Origin: a virus
IMG/VR virus record: IMGVR_UViG_3300028835_002196
Location: 1 to 64,000 of that record
Reading direction: 5' to 3' (one strand)
Length of the DNA: 64,000 bases
Below are positions 45,101 through 53,472 of the stretch, one piece after another (the stretch's first letter is position 1; every line of letters starts with the position of its first letter). A program made the translations under genes and the position numbers. The notes under the pieces were generated by a model. The model searched no databases. It saw nothing but the letters and a program-made list of their open reading frames with translations, and had not been told where the DNA came from.

Positions 45101-47798
45101 TCTGCTTTCCTTCAGCCTTAAGCTTTGCATTCCACGCTTTAATAATAGGCTTAACAAACATCTCCTGAAAACTGATTATCTGTCTCACCAGATCAGTAAC
45201 GGCATCATATTTCTTCAATATATCCTTACCGGCATCATTAATCTTTCCTGTCTCGGGGTCCCTGCCGTAAACAATCCAGTTATTCTCTATACCCTTCATG
45301 CTACGCTCCCTGCGAATAAGCTGCATAGATTCCACAAGTTGTGAACTAATAATCTCCATCAGGGCCGGCCCTCCAGCCTTTATAGCCTCAGCCAATTCTT
45401 CGTCTGTAAGAGCAGCCTCCCTGATCACCGTATTAACACCATATAAAGGCAAGTTGTCAGGACGTTTCGCATAGGTAGCTGATAAGAAAGTAGCTCCGTC
45501 AGCACTTCCTAGTACATCACGAAGAAAGAATCCAACATTGCTCTGTCCGCTAGCCAAATGACTTTCATCCATTACTACTATATTATTCCTTGCCAAATTC
45601 TCAAATAATGCTCTCTTCTTACGCCCATTCTCTGTTTTATCTGTCATTAACTGAGAATAACTGACAAGTATAACATTATATTCCTCTGAAATATCACCCT
45701 CGTCCATTGCTTTATTTATGGCTGCCGGATCTGACTGGTATAATTCCCTGCCTTCGGGATCAGTAATGATCACGGCTCCGGAGCCATCTGCAAATGTCTT
45801 ATTAAACATAAACGGCCTTAACTCACCAGATCCTATCCCTATCAGGTCACGATAAATATCCGAATACAGCCCCGCATCTTTAGTCATGAAGATTGGCCTG
45901 TAACCATTATTAACAGCATATCTCAAAATGCCTGCTGCTACCCTTCCTTTGCCAACTCCTGTCTGATCACCAATAATTACCGCCTCCCCATTACTGATAT
46001 TATATAATGCCATGGCCAGGGCATCTATCTGCTCCGCATAAAAAGCCTTATACATATCTGCTCTTGAAGGATAATTGAGTTTTCCCATTACATAATTATC
46101 AAAATCCCCTATCTCCCCGGCAAGTTGGTACAGGGCATCTTCCATTTCGTTTGCCTGAGACAAAGGAATGACTGTTTCTCCCGATGGTCCTTTAGAAAGT
46201 GGTCTATATGGCTCTACGCCCCCTGCCTGTTTAATAATGAGTTGTTGCTTTCTCTGAGATCGTGGAGCCACTGCTCCAAGGACAATTCTTCCAACATCTC
46301 CTTCGCCTCTGATTGTTTCATCAGGGGTGGTAATCCCTTCACCGGTTGGATCTCCTGAAGTTCCGATGTCAGGTCTCGGAGTTCCTGGGATTCTACCAGG
46401 AATGCTACCAGCCTCTCCCGGTCCGGGTGAAACAGGTTGGGAAATGTCTCCTGGAATATTCGGGCCAGGTTCCTCTGGGGGACCAATAGTAGTAGGTCGT
46501 GTAGCTTTGGGTAAAGGAGGGGCCTCATCCGGTTGGGTCGGGGGAATTTCGTCAACCCTTCTTTCAATCCGAATATCCGTATCACTTCCTCCCCCCTCAT
46601 CCATGACGGGTCGTAATAATGCTTTTTCATTTGGTTTACTTATTAAATCGTTAATATTTTTATAAACATCCCCCCAGGTAACTGCAGGGGTAAGACCTTC
46701 TTCCTTAAACATCGGAGCAACGCCTTCTGGTATGGGTTTACGCCCCCCAATCATTATAAGTCTTATAGGCCATGAAGTCCCCATACGACTATACAGATCT
46801 CCTTCAATATTTACAATACCATCAACAACATAGTTCTTATAAAGCCAGTTATAAAAATACAAATCACCGCCTTTAATTGCTCCGTCCTCATCCACTTCAA
46901 GATGCCCTCCGGCAATAATCGCGGCTTTTCCATCATCACTCATCAAATCTAACCCGTTCATGGCAATAATATGTTCAATCCTCGATACATCAAACCCTTT
47001 CATCCTGATTTTTGGAACCGATCCAAAAGGAGGATTAAGAACAACGGCAGGAAAATGTCTCTCCATGAAATCGAAATCCGTATCCTTTACCGGTTTTGTC
47101 GCATCAAAGTTGGCGACCTGATTGAATCCCAATGTTTTTAAATTCTTATACCTGCTTTCTGACAGGTCATTAACAAACACCCTCAGGGGATCTGCATAAA
47201 TAACCAACATTCCATTTCCTGCCGAATTATCACCTATATACTTGGCTGCATCTCCGTTTACATACTGGTGCATCATAAAAGCTAATGGTCCCGGAGTACT
47301 ATATTGTTGCTTGCCCTTAACTTCACTGGTAAGTTTGCTTAAAGAAGGCTGAGTATTATAAAACGTAACCAACTTATTAAATCTTTCCTGTTCGGAAATA
47401 TTCCTGTCCCTTGCTATATCCCTAAACCTCTCTGTAAATGCAAGCTCCATCTGGTCCCGGATCTCCGAATCGGTAAGAGTTAACCCGTAGCCCGGTAATA
47501 AGGCCTTAACTGTTGTGAAAGTAACCCTGCGACCGTTAAGAAGATCGTTCTTTATCTGATTACGTAAAAGGTATGACCTTGCATTTTTTAATTTTTCCCT
47601 GGCTTGGGCAACATCATTATCAAATAACGACTGTGCATGTTGCAGTCTTTTAGGATCTGCAACCTTATAAGAAAGAACTATCTGTTTTTGTCTCTCTGCA
47701 ATAAGACTAAGCCAGTCTTCAAGGCTTGCCTTAAACCAGTCAACATAATCACTAAGCCAGGTATTCCCTCCCATTTCCAAAGCCCCTGAAAGAGCCAT
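39168..47798 (-). CDS. Giant polyvalent DarB-like protein: adenine MTase + strawberry-notch SF2 helicase + LPD38-like C-terminus
   Basis: QQYSTP, DNSAGNGML, LNPPFG; IGDQTGVGKGR, DESH, SATYAK, QKIGRIHRAGQ; zincin-like AHELGH; C-terminal P.WRRD..M.FP....ISIPR.FDLG. Confidence 0.8.
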   Translation of the reverse strand: MALSGALEMGGNTWLSDYVDWFKASLEDWLSLIAERQKQIVLSYKVADPKRLQHAQSLFDNDVAQAREKLKNARSYLLRNQIKNDLLNGRRVTFTTVKALLPGYGLTLTDSEIRDQMELAFTERFRDIARDRNISEQERFNKLVTFYNTQPSLSKLTSEVKGKQQYSTPGPLAFMMHQYVNGDAAKYIGDNSAGNGMLVIYADPLRVFVNDLSESRYKNLKTLGFNQVANFDATKPVKDTDFDFMERHFPAVVLNPPFGSVPKIRMKGFDVSRIEHIIAMNGLDLMSDDGKAAIIAGGHLEVDEDGAIKGGDLYFYNWLYKNYVVDGIVNIEGDLYSRMGTSWPIRLIMIGGRKPIPEGVAPMFKEEGLTPAVTWGDVYKNINDLISKPNEKALLRPVMDEGGGSDTDIRIERRVDEIPPTQPDEAPPLPKATRPTTIGPPEEPGPNIPGDISQPVSPGPGEAGSIPGRIPGTPRPDIGTSGDPTGEGITTPDETIRGEGDVGRIVLGAVAPRSQRKQQLIIKQAGGVEPYRPLSKGPSGETVIPLSQANEMEDALYQLAGEIGDFDNYVMGKLNYPSRADMYKAFYAEQIDALAMALYNISNGEAVIIGDQTGVGKGRVAAGILRYAVNNGYRPIFMTKDAGLYSDIYRDLIGIGSGELRPFMFNKTFADGSGAVIITDPEGRELYQSDPAAINKAMDEGDISEEYNVILVSYSQLMTDKTENGRKKRALFENLARNNIVVMDESHLASGQSNVGFFLRDVLGSADGATFLSATYAKRPDNLPLYGVNTVIREAALTDEELAEAIKAGGPALMEIISSQLVESMQLIRRERSMKGIENNWIVYGRDPETGKINDAGKDILKKYDAVTDLVRQIISFQEMFVKPIIKAWNAKLKAEGKQMEERRGTTRMGVQNYPYFNKIYNVINQLLFTLKAQHITPTIIQQLEKGQKPFVAFSNTMESMFKHMMDEGLVSMGDEVSTNFSYVLERGLKGVMKATVVDETGVPHPEYLDPGVLGPAGQETYYALLEKIREIGEEISASPIDIMIHEIEKAGYKVAEITGRKTKIEFTGDNYMKGKLVSNPRPTKNELIRKFNNEPGWVILGNVASSTGLSAHSSVDFKDQSQRVMTIVQPEPDINAYMQKIGRIHRAGQVTDPIYNNVSSVVPAEQRLLMMTRQKIGMLDANTTSNQKQSEKMLDIVDILNKYGDQVVEEYLRDNLDINTLIGDPLGIVDESKNRAENPTRKVTNEVSILTTQQQEEFYTDVIDRYKALIDYLNETDQNDLEVKALDLQAESINKDLVIRGRGGFSAFGDDSFMELMDVNSMKNPMMAKEIDDLINKELMGKTAEAHVEDTYKKIYDGLQKNLEKKQQEVTEMYDIKIKEEHRRYDEAVEKGKNVRDAEEMRKDKINKLEEFRGYRLSTVQKNNTLLTNSIDRYIKFFKVGEIYEVAYEEDIGNITRMNKGYVVGYDINVNKLNPWVPSNIRIKFATADSRRSFQVPLSKDQYLDTIIASSYSLSPSERTSAKEQWDYHLKGAGKRVKRYIVTNNILQAFKDYKGKLIEFTTKEGLIKKGILLPDNFEPRVDKMVTIAIKDAKNIILALANKDYVETTDGHVSIMKGIPRSMEYNYGDYTDDQLYTLRVPSSREKGAKYWDASKSKLPAIMFDGEFTQINQSFNGFFRESQLDEVLQILDDYRLTIATRPEKVAQSAFNAAEALHGQSSVVQDFIDTATAIKRDSDLPPPDEDIQYENNTGGRVGRISPDPLPSEGPPKKIWEIQLSIPRKFRAGVRYQKPRKGIAGFYVPGEEMIILKYQGDLDVTAHELGHRIDDMFGIVGPEVSWKIPDINHELSRLWKYGSKPKKDTLDKEAYRRSEGTAEYIRAWIINPNQTEKDFPKLTEWFKERVPDEFLEVIREFGDDIRRYVGSTWMERAQSHADFKLKEQPESLFENFLHRKDNNALGLKWGWADKIVWGLSNDMWPVQKAFVEALKRQGVVKNVVQAWDPLNVKPSENPLYMGSLLAGHNDKMVAIFQHGMQMPDGKTVYDPVTNKQVNIVWMLDDLDKTDYGTFVKDLHDAMTYMIAERSIELEWKIQGDQVMYDLKNYSDKLPPLEILKLHPAIAEKYAVHINRITEWVIENNISDEDLYFPIERYDFSKGVYTGIGGGFVTDNEAAQALLKEVRKNKEDVKRWEEFARKYRFFGDNLIEYSIRSGLLSQEAGQYIRERNLSYVALARLMVMSPDEAWDIRKTEMRPGNRRGIGVQFTPDWMHRAKGSAKFIKDPLDQLLYLTTRTIQESDYNNYKVQLFKWFVPTREMYSSEISGLAELARRVPYKLEKSVGFKKYGEQQWWQVDPVFYNGMMNVAESVPIPILSQMATIFRSSVVFNLVFYLRNFERDVSFAGITHDHRFKLKDWFSPAMQKWSSEMMNRMGGGQFGWYLTTDRQYYGLMKVAMTKLLKDKSVIVMNPEHLKTVLWDRGYERFMKSGERKPRTAIFSSSYRWAKKKGMVDYDALLYAGLQGRRIMDFRVMGYYIRRIAPNVPFLNPMIRGQAKSIWKMRQNPRGTTIRLAIYGAIITALQTSLMAMLDDRERKEYFQFPAWRRDLFMNFPTPWGGWISIPRAFDLGILSSGMQRLADKFILGDDKAFDNYINSTLFNLIFPFRLYNLSSAIGGITAITTKKDFFRDKYYIPPEEFYKDIRERNTQWASQFGKDVMNMTQFMNNFFRKKGTPEKPPFIDARMVDAFVNAQFTYFGKQFIDTYQAVRGKAEDSRHKWDWSDTGQFRYSNVYGSKDVQWIMKTARKHELFYEPEYRALSELLNQYFDIGGAKERQRFGLEVIDYAENLRSQWETRDFYEEHLEKEKKRKARKKAGRGKIGPKR

Positions 47799-47818
47799 AA
47801 GCTCATTAGATTCATTTA

Positions 47819-50800
47819 TTATATCATTCTAAATATTATATCTTCATCCGTAGATACTGTAATCTTATCACTTGGCTTGGGAATAACCTCGCCATCATAA
47901 ATCTTTCTCGCCTCCAACCTCTCATTCCCAATTTTTATCATTCTCTCCGATCTCTCTTTCCATAAAGGATCTGCCGCCCCTTCCCTCTTCTCAAGTAAAC
48001 TTACATGGGGGGCAGATTGTCCCCGGTCAAGATATTTTTGAGCATCTTCTGTTTCTCCCAAAGCATTACGTTGCCTGGCAATTTCATTATTTAATTCAGT
48101 CCACTCCTGCATGTGTTTAAATGGCGGAGGTGCAACGGCCTCGCCTGACTTGATCATTCCCCTCAACTGATCAACAGAAATCCCCAACATTGATCCTCCA
48201 TAATTACTGTTATCCGAATATACAGCAACCATTATTTTCTGTCCGATCGGCTTTTCAGCAAACAACGGGCCTCCGTATTTTTTCAACCCTTCATCATTAT
48301 CATCCCACTCCTCTACACGAATAATATCTAAAACCTTTTGAGAATTACCCTTACTCAGGTTAGGAAACAAAAAACTCTTACCAACAATATCCGAAAAATC
48401 CTCTTTCTTTGCTGGCTCGTGCATGGCCTGGTAGATCTCGCCAATATCTTCTTGTTTAAATCGCCTGGCCTGGGCAATATCCATCTTCTCAAATACCGTA
48501 TCTTCTACATCAGCTCCAATAGTTGTCATATATGCTCCATACCCTTGTTTAAGGTATGGCAACAACCTTTCAAGTTTCTCCTGGGTAACACTCCCTGCTA
48601 CTTTTTTTATCATTTCCGGGAACTTATATATTTTATTCCCTACAAAACGCTCGACTATTTTAGTGGCAACCTTAGCCAACTTAATCTCGTTAGGTGAATC
48701 CGTTTGTCTGCCTTCAGGAGATCCGTAAGAAAAATCAATATCTCCCAAAAGGCCTGTCATCTCGTCCAGTTCGACCGAAATATCTACTTCCCCTGGCTCT
48801 CCTTCCACCTTTTTGCCTTTAACACCAACTCCCTTAGTTGGAGTGATGCCTTCTGCCGGTTCTTCCCCGGCTTTTTTACTTTGCTTTTCTTTTTCATATA
48901 AATATTCTTTTACAATTTGTCCTTCTTCCTCAGTAAATGGAAATCCTGTGAAATATTTCTCACGAATACTCTCAAAATCTTTTAATGTAATACTTTCAAT
49001 GCCTTCCTCTTCCTTAAGCATCTCCATTACATCAACAAAATCAAAGTCTGATTTATCTATACCTTTTAAAAACGCCTGTTCATCTTCAATATACTTATCA
49101 ATACTCATCCCCGCAACTTCCTTAAACCTGATTTCCAGTTCTTTCATTACAGGATCCTTTGCCTCAGCCTTCTGCTTACTCGGATTCTCCATAATAAATT
49201 CCGCAATCATATCAGTAGTTACCTCGATGCCAAATTCCTCTGTCATATCTTTGGCAAGAACATCAATCTTGCTCGTGCCGGCAGCATATTGTTTGGTAAT
49301 TGGATCTTTTTTTCCTATCCAATTTTTCATCATGGCCATACTAAACTTATTAGGATCACCAAACTCCGCAAGACTTTTTTTTGTTACTTTTGTAGTTAAT
49401 AACCTTTCCTGCCAGGGTACTAACTTAGGCTGATAATGCTCCTGGCCCATTTGATAAATCCTGACAATCTCCTCTGGGTCTTCACTCTTTTCTGATACCT
49501 GCTTTGCCAGGATCTCAAAATCCTGGGGTTTTGCTGGTGCTGGTTTCCCTTTTTTCTTTACTTCTGGTTCTTCAGGTTTTAGTTTCTTAAGTTTTTGTTC
49601 AGTTTCTATTAAATCTACTTTTACTTGTTTTTCAAATTCCACTAAATCCTTTTCATTAACAACCTCCCGATACTCCTTATCTAACCTTGCTCCCCGCTTT
49701 ATAATCTTATCCCTCCATTGTCGGGTAGGGTGTTCAAACACTATTTCTTCTCCTTCGGGAAGTTTTTCTCTTGTTTTTTCTATAGCAGCCAATAATTTTT
49801 CTCCCGCCTGTTTTCTTCCTTCAATGTATTCTTTTTCTTCAAGATATTTTTCACCTAGCCACTTATTTATGAATTCCTCCATAGGTTGCTTGGCGTAAAT
49901 ATCTACCGGTATTTCACCGTTTAATATCTGATCAGCCAAAACATTAACCTCATCCTCTATTTGCTCAGGTGTCATATCAGGATCTATCTCTCTGATCTTA
50001 TCCCTTACAAGATCGTAAACGCCTTCCTGTAACTGCAAATTCTCAGTAGTTACTTCCTGAAAGGCTTTTTCTATCTTGTTAATCAATACTCCTTTTTGCT
50101 CTTTTAGCTTATCAATCTCACGTCTTTGAGTAAGATCCTTACGTCCCTTGAATTTCCCCAACTTCTCATCTATCTCCGTAATCTCTTTTTTCAACGGCTC
50201 TGTTTGTTTATCTGTCTCCATCCATTGATCAGTCCATTGCTGTCTAAAATCAGCTATTGTTCCTTCAAGAGCTTTCTGTGGAGGGCCAAACCTATTACCT
50301 TCCCACTCTTCAGCTTGTTTTATTTCCTGATAAACTTTCCTGTCGTAAGTCATCGTCAGTGTTTGCTTTGGAAACACGTCTCCCCCTTCACTCACGGGCA
50401 ATGCCGGCAACATAGGAGCTTCCCCTTCCTTAAGACCTGCTTGCATAAACTTACCAGCCTGCTTCCTCGTTTCCATTTCAAAATTAAACACTCCCCTGTT
50501 CTCATACAGATCCTCAAGTAATAGGTCTGTATGAAACCGGTTATTAAGAAGTATAGATTTCTCTGCCTTCCCTTCTTTCCATTTAGCCTGTGTCGGAAAT
50601 TTGTTTTTTGCCCTGGTGTTCTCAACAACCGTTATGGCATTCTCATAATTTTTTAACGTGCTTTCCAGCCAGCGATCTTCAAACGACTTGGCAATTTCGG
50701 ATTTACTGGCTATTCTGGCCTCCTTAACACCCTCTGTAGCCAATGGCCCATCGTATATATCCAACCATCTATACATTCTTTCTGCTGTATTGGTCATTCC

Positions 50801-53470
50801 TAAATCTTCTGCTTGGCGGGACGTTTTTTTCACTCGATCAAAATACTTAGGACTGAGGTACGAATACCACTTACCCCCCAGGGGATCAGAAAGTTTTTTT
50901 GCAGATGTTACTGAATATAACTGTAAAGGCCCAAATAATAAAGTATTAAATATCATCTCAGCCACCACTCTCTTTCCTGCCTCATCCATATTGCCCCACT
51001 GCTGATCCCAGGCCTCTTTAAAACTTTTATCCGCCGAAAAAGCTGCCTCAACAGCATTCGCAGTAGTAAAACCTACCTCCATACCTGCTGTTGTTCCCAA
51101 AGTTGTTTTCAGTAAAGGCCCAAATATCCTGCCTACCTTACTTTTAAACTTAATCCTGTCCGTAAGAGTATGTGTTGCATTCATCCCTGATATAACACCA
51201 GGGGCAAATCCTCCTATACCAGTGAATATTGCCTCGTCCAATAAAAACTCTAACGCTATAGCACTTGACCTGCTTATACGTGTCGGATTAACCTCTTTTA
51301 TCACCTCCCAGCCAATAGGAACGGGATCTTTTAAACCAATAACTGATTTCGCTGCTTTATGGGGTACTGGTTCTTCGCCCCCCCATCGAACAATACCGGG
51401 CAAGCCTTTAGGAGCTTGTCTTGTTCCTAACGGAACTGGTTTGACTGTAGGTGCTTTATAAAAAGGATGCCTTATAATTTTATAGCCGTTCTTTAAACGC
51501 CCCAGCTTCATTGCTCCTTTTGCAAACTTTGACACTCCCGATGATATAAAGAGTAATGGAAGATGAGGTACCGCACTGCCTGTAAACTCAAAAAATCTTT
51601 CCCACATAACCGGCTCAATATGTTTTTTCTCTTCATCTGTAAGCCCAACCGTCTCATTACCAATCTGTGCAAGTTTATGTATGATCGCAGCATCTATAGA
51701 TCCAGGACTAGCCTCAAGTACATTTTCCTCCCCAACAAATGAATGTAAGGCAGCATTACCAAATATCTGTGCATAATAACCGTCTTCTTTTGTAATATCC
51801 ATAGGCCCTACATTCTTCATGGCCATTAACGCATGTGCCTGAAAGTCTGCCTGTGCATATCCCTTATTGCGTAAAAGATCATCATACTGTTTCCTTGACA
51901 TTTTCCCTGTCTGAAAGGCTGCCTTTCCGTCTTCAAGCCTTCTTTGCCAATATTGGAGCTTAACGAAACTATCGGCCATACGGTCATCAAGCTTTTCTTG
52001 TGGTGTTGGTGTTGGTTTCGATGTTGGTTCTTTTTTCTTCTCTGCCACCTCTTTCCACGATCCAGCAGCAAATTCAACGGCTTTCTCTTTATCATCAAAA
52101 GCAATATAATTTTTTTCATCCAAAGCCGTTTTCATAGGATCTTCAGGCTCATCCCACTTGCCATCTTTATATGTAAGGGTAGGGTAAACATAATATTTTC
52201 CATCAGCCTCCCCCCACGCCATTAAGTGAGATGATTCCGTACCATCTTCGTTCTTTCTTACCGGACCTTTATCACCTTGTAATATCCTTTTAACAAACGG
52301 AACATTTTTATTATCACGTAATACTTTTTCTGTGTCAGACAATTCCCCTTCTTGCTCCTTGTTATATTGACTGACCCGGCCCTTAATCCCCTTAGCTTTT
52401 TGAATATAGTCAAGCTGTGCCTTCTTCCAGGCATCTGTACGATCCCAATAACCGATCAGGAAATCCGATCTTGGTATCTCATCTTGTTTCCCTACCCAAT
52501 CTTCGGCCTCTTTGCGTAACCCCTCTACCCTTACTCCTTCCTCGTCAAGTGTCTTGATCTCTTCCCCTAATTCTGTAATCTCTGGATCTTCCTCTGCCGG
52601 CACCTGGGCTGTCTCGAATAATTCTTGCATATAGGCAACAATATCCGCTTCCTCTACTGTTTCCGGTTTCCGGTGTAATCCTGTCTCCGGATCTAAAAAT
52701 GTTCCCTCTTCCCATCCATCAATATAGGGCTCTGCCTCTTTCCTGGCTACTTCGGGTATATTGGTATATTTAAGGGTGGTTTCTTTCTCCTTGCTCACAA
52801 GCTCACTTTCTGCATATTGCTGAAGCATGGGTATAATCTTCTTGATCACATGATTATCGTAACCATCCTCTTTTAATTTTCTCTCGATACGTCTCTTTTC
52901 CCCTGTATGAAGAATAGACAGAAACCCTCCCGGATTATCTTTGATGTAACCAAACTCCTTATCGCTCATTAGATCATTAAACGCCTTCTCTGCCTGCAGT
53001 GCTGTTTCTGCTCGCCCCTCCTTAAGGGATTCTCGCTCTCTAATACCCAATTCTGTTACCTGCCCTTTTATGGCATCTGCTTCGGCAATAAATGTTTGAG
53101 GGGATATTCTTGGCAGTATATCTTCAATTCCGACTTGGAGTTCATCATACAACTTTTCTGTCTCTCCGGCCTGGTAATCTATTGGAGAAAAATCTCTCTC
53201 CTTTTTTTTTGGTGAGGCCTTACCTAAATTCTCGGCAATAAAACTTTCTCTGATCCGATCAAATTCAAGTTGATCTTCTAATCCCTGGTGCTTAAGATAT
53301 GGAGTTGTTATCTTATCAAAAAAACTTTCCAGCTCTGTTTTTTTATCTTCCTCTACCATCCTGGAAAATTCAGGGCTATTAACTAAATTCCACTTGGCTT
53401 GATTGTACTGTTCTTTTTTTACATCAAACCCTTTCTGAAATTTCTTTTTATCGTCAACAATTCCATTCAT
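47819..53470 (-). CDS. Large ejected/cargo virion protein (possibly the N-terminal part of the giant protein)
   Basis: 1883 aa, E/K-rich, central G/A-rich hydrophobic stretch; lies after the tail genes. Confidence 0.6.
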   Translation of the reverse strand: MNGIVDDKKKFQKGFDVKKEQYNQAKWNLVNSPEFSRMVEEDKKTELESFFDKITTPYLKHQGLEDQLEFDRIRESFIAENLGKASPKKKERDFSPIDYQAGETEKLYDELQVGIEDILPRISPQTFIAEADAIKGQVTELGIRERESLKEGRAETALQAEKAFNDLMSDKEFGYIKDNPGGFLSILHTGEKRRIERKLKEDGYDNHVIKKIIPMLQQYAESELVSKEKETTLKYTNIPEVARKEAEPYIDGWEEGTFLDPETGLHRKPETVEEADIVAYMQELFETAQVPAEEDPEITELGEEIKTLDEEGVRVEGLRKEAEDWVGKQDEIPRSDFLIGYWDRTDAWKKAQLDYIQKAKGIKGRVSQYNKEQEGELSDTEKVLRDNKNVPFVKRILQGDKGPVRKNEDGTESSHLMAWGEADGKYYVYPTLTYKDGKWDEPEDPMKTALDEKNYIAFDDKEKAVEFAAGSWKEVAEKKKEPTSKPTPTPQEKLDDRMADSFVKLQYWQRRLEDGKAAFQTGKMSRKQYDDLLRNKGYAQADFQAHALMAMKNVGPMDITKEDGYYAQIFGNAALHSFVGEENVLEASPGSIDAAIIHKLAQIGNETVGLTDEEKKHIEPVMWERFFEFTGSAVPHLPLLFISSGVSKFAKGAMKLGRLKNGYKIIRHPFYKAPTVKPVPLGTRQAPKGLPGIVRWGGEEPVPHKAAKSVIGLKDPVPIGWEVIKEVNPTRISRSSAIALEFLLDEAIFTGIGGFAPGVISGMNATHTLTDRIKFKSKVGRIFGPLLKTTLGTTAGMEVGFTTANAVEAAFSADKSFKEAWDQQWGNMDEAGKRVVAEMIFNTLLFGPLQLYSVTSAKKLSDPLGGKWYSYLSPKYFDRVKKTSRQAEDLGMTNTAERMYRWLDIYDGPLATEGVKEARIASKSEIAKSFEDRWLESTLKNYENAITVVENTRAKNKFPTQAKWKEGKAEKSILLNNRFHTDLLLEDLYENRGVFNFEMETRKQAGKFMQAGLKEGEAPMLPALPVSEGGDVFPKQTLTMTYDRKVYQEIKQAEEWEGNRFGPPQKALEGTIADFRQQWTDQWMETDKQTEPLKKEITEIDEKLGKFKGRKDLTQRREIDKLKEQKGVLINKIEKAFQEVTTENLQLQEGVYDLVRDKIREIDPDMTPEQIEDEVNVLADQILNGEIPVDIYAKQPMEEFINKWLGEKYLEEKEYIEGRKQAGEKLLAAIEKTREKLPEGEEIVFEHPTRQWRDKIIKRGARLDKEYREVVNEKDLVEFEKQVKVDLIETEQKLKKLKPEEPEVKKKGKPAPAKPQDFEILAKQVSEKSEDPEEIVRIYQMGQEHYQPKLVPWQERLLTTKVTKKSLAEFGDPNKFSMAMMKNWIGKKDPITKQYAAGTSKIDVLAKDMTEEFGIEVTTDMIAEFIMENPSKQKAEAKDPVMKELEIRFKEVAGMSIDKYIEDEQAFLKGIDKSDFDFVDVMEMLKEEEGIESITLKDFESIREKYFTGFPFTEEEGQIVKEYLYEKEKQSKKAGEEPAEGITPTKGVGVKGKKVEGEPGEVDISVELDEMTGLLGDIDFSYGSPEGRQTDSPNEIKLAKVATKIVERFVGNKIYKFPEMIKKVAGSVTQEKLERLLPYLKQGYGAYMTTIGADVEDTVFEKMDIAQARRFKQEDIGEIYQAMHEPAKKEDFSDIVGKSFLFPNLSKGNSQKVLDIIRVEEWDDNDEGLKKYGGPLFAEKPIGQKIMVAVYSDNSNYGGSMLGISVDQLRGMIKSGEAVAPPPFKHMQEWTELNNEIARQRNALGETEDAQKYLDRGQSAPHVSLLEKREGAADPLWKERSERMIKIGNERLEARKIYDGEVIPKPSDKITVSTDEDIIFRMI

Positions 53471-53472
53471 AG

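Noticed and set aside
39168-53470. crAss-type virion RNA polymerase
   Set aside because: No DFDID/DxDGD catalytic motif seen; the motifs present are MTase and SF2 helicase
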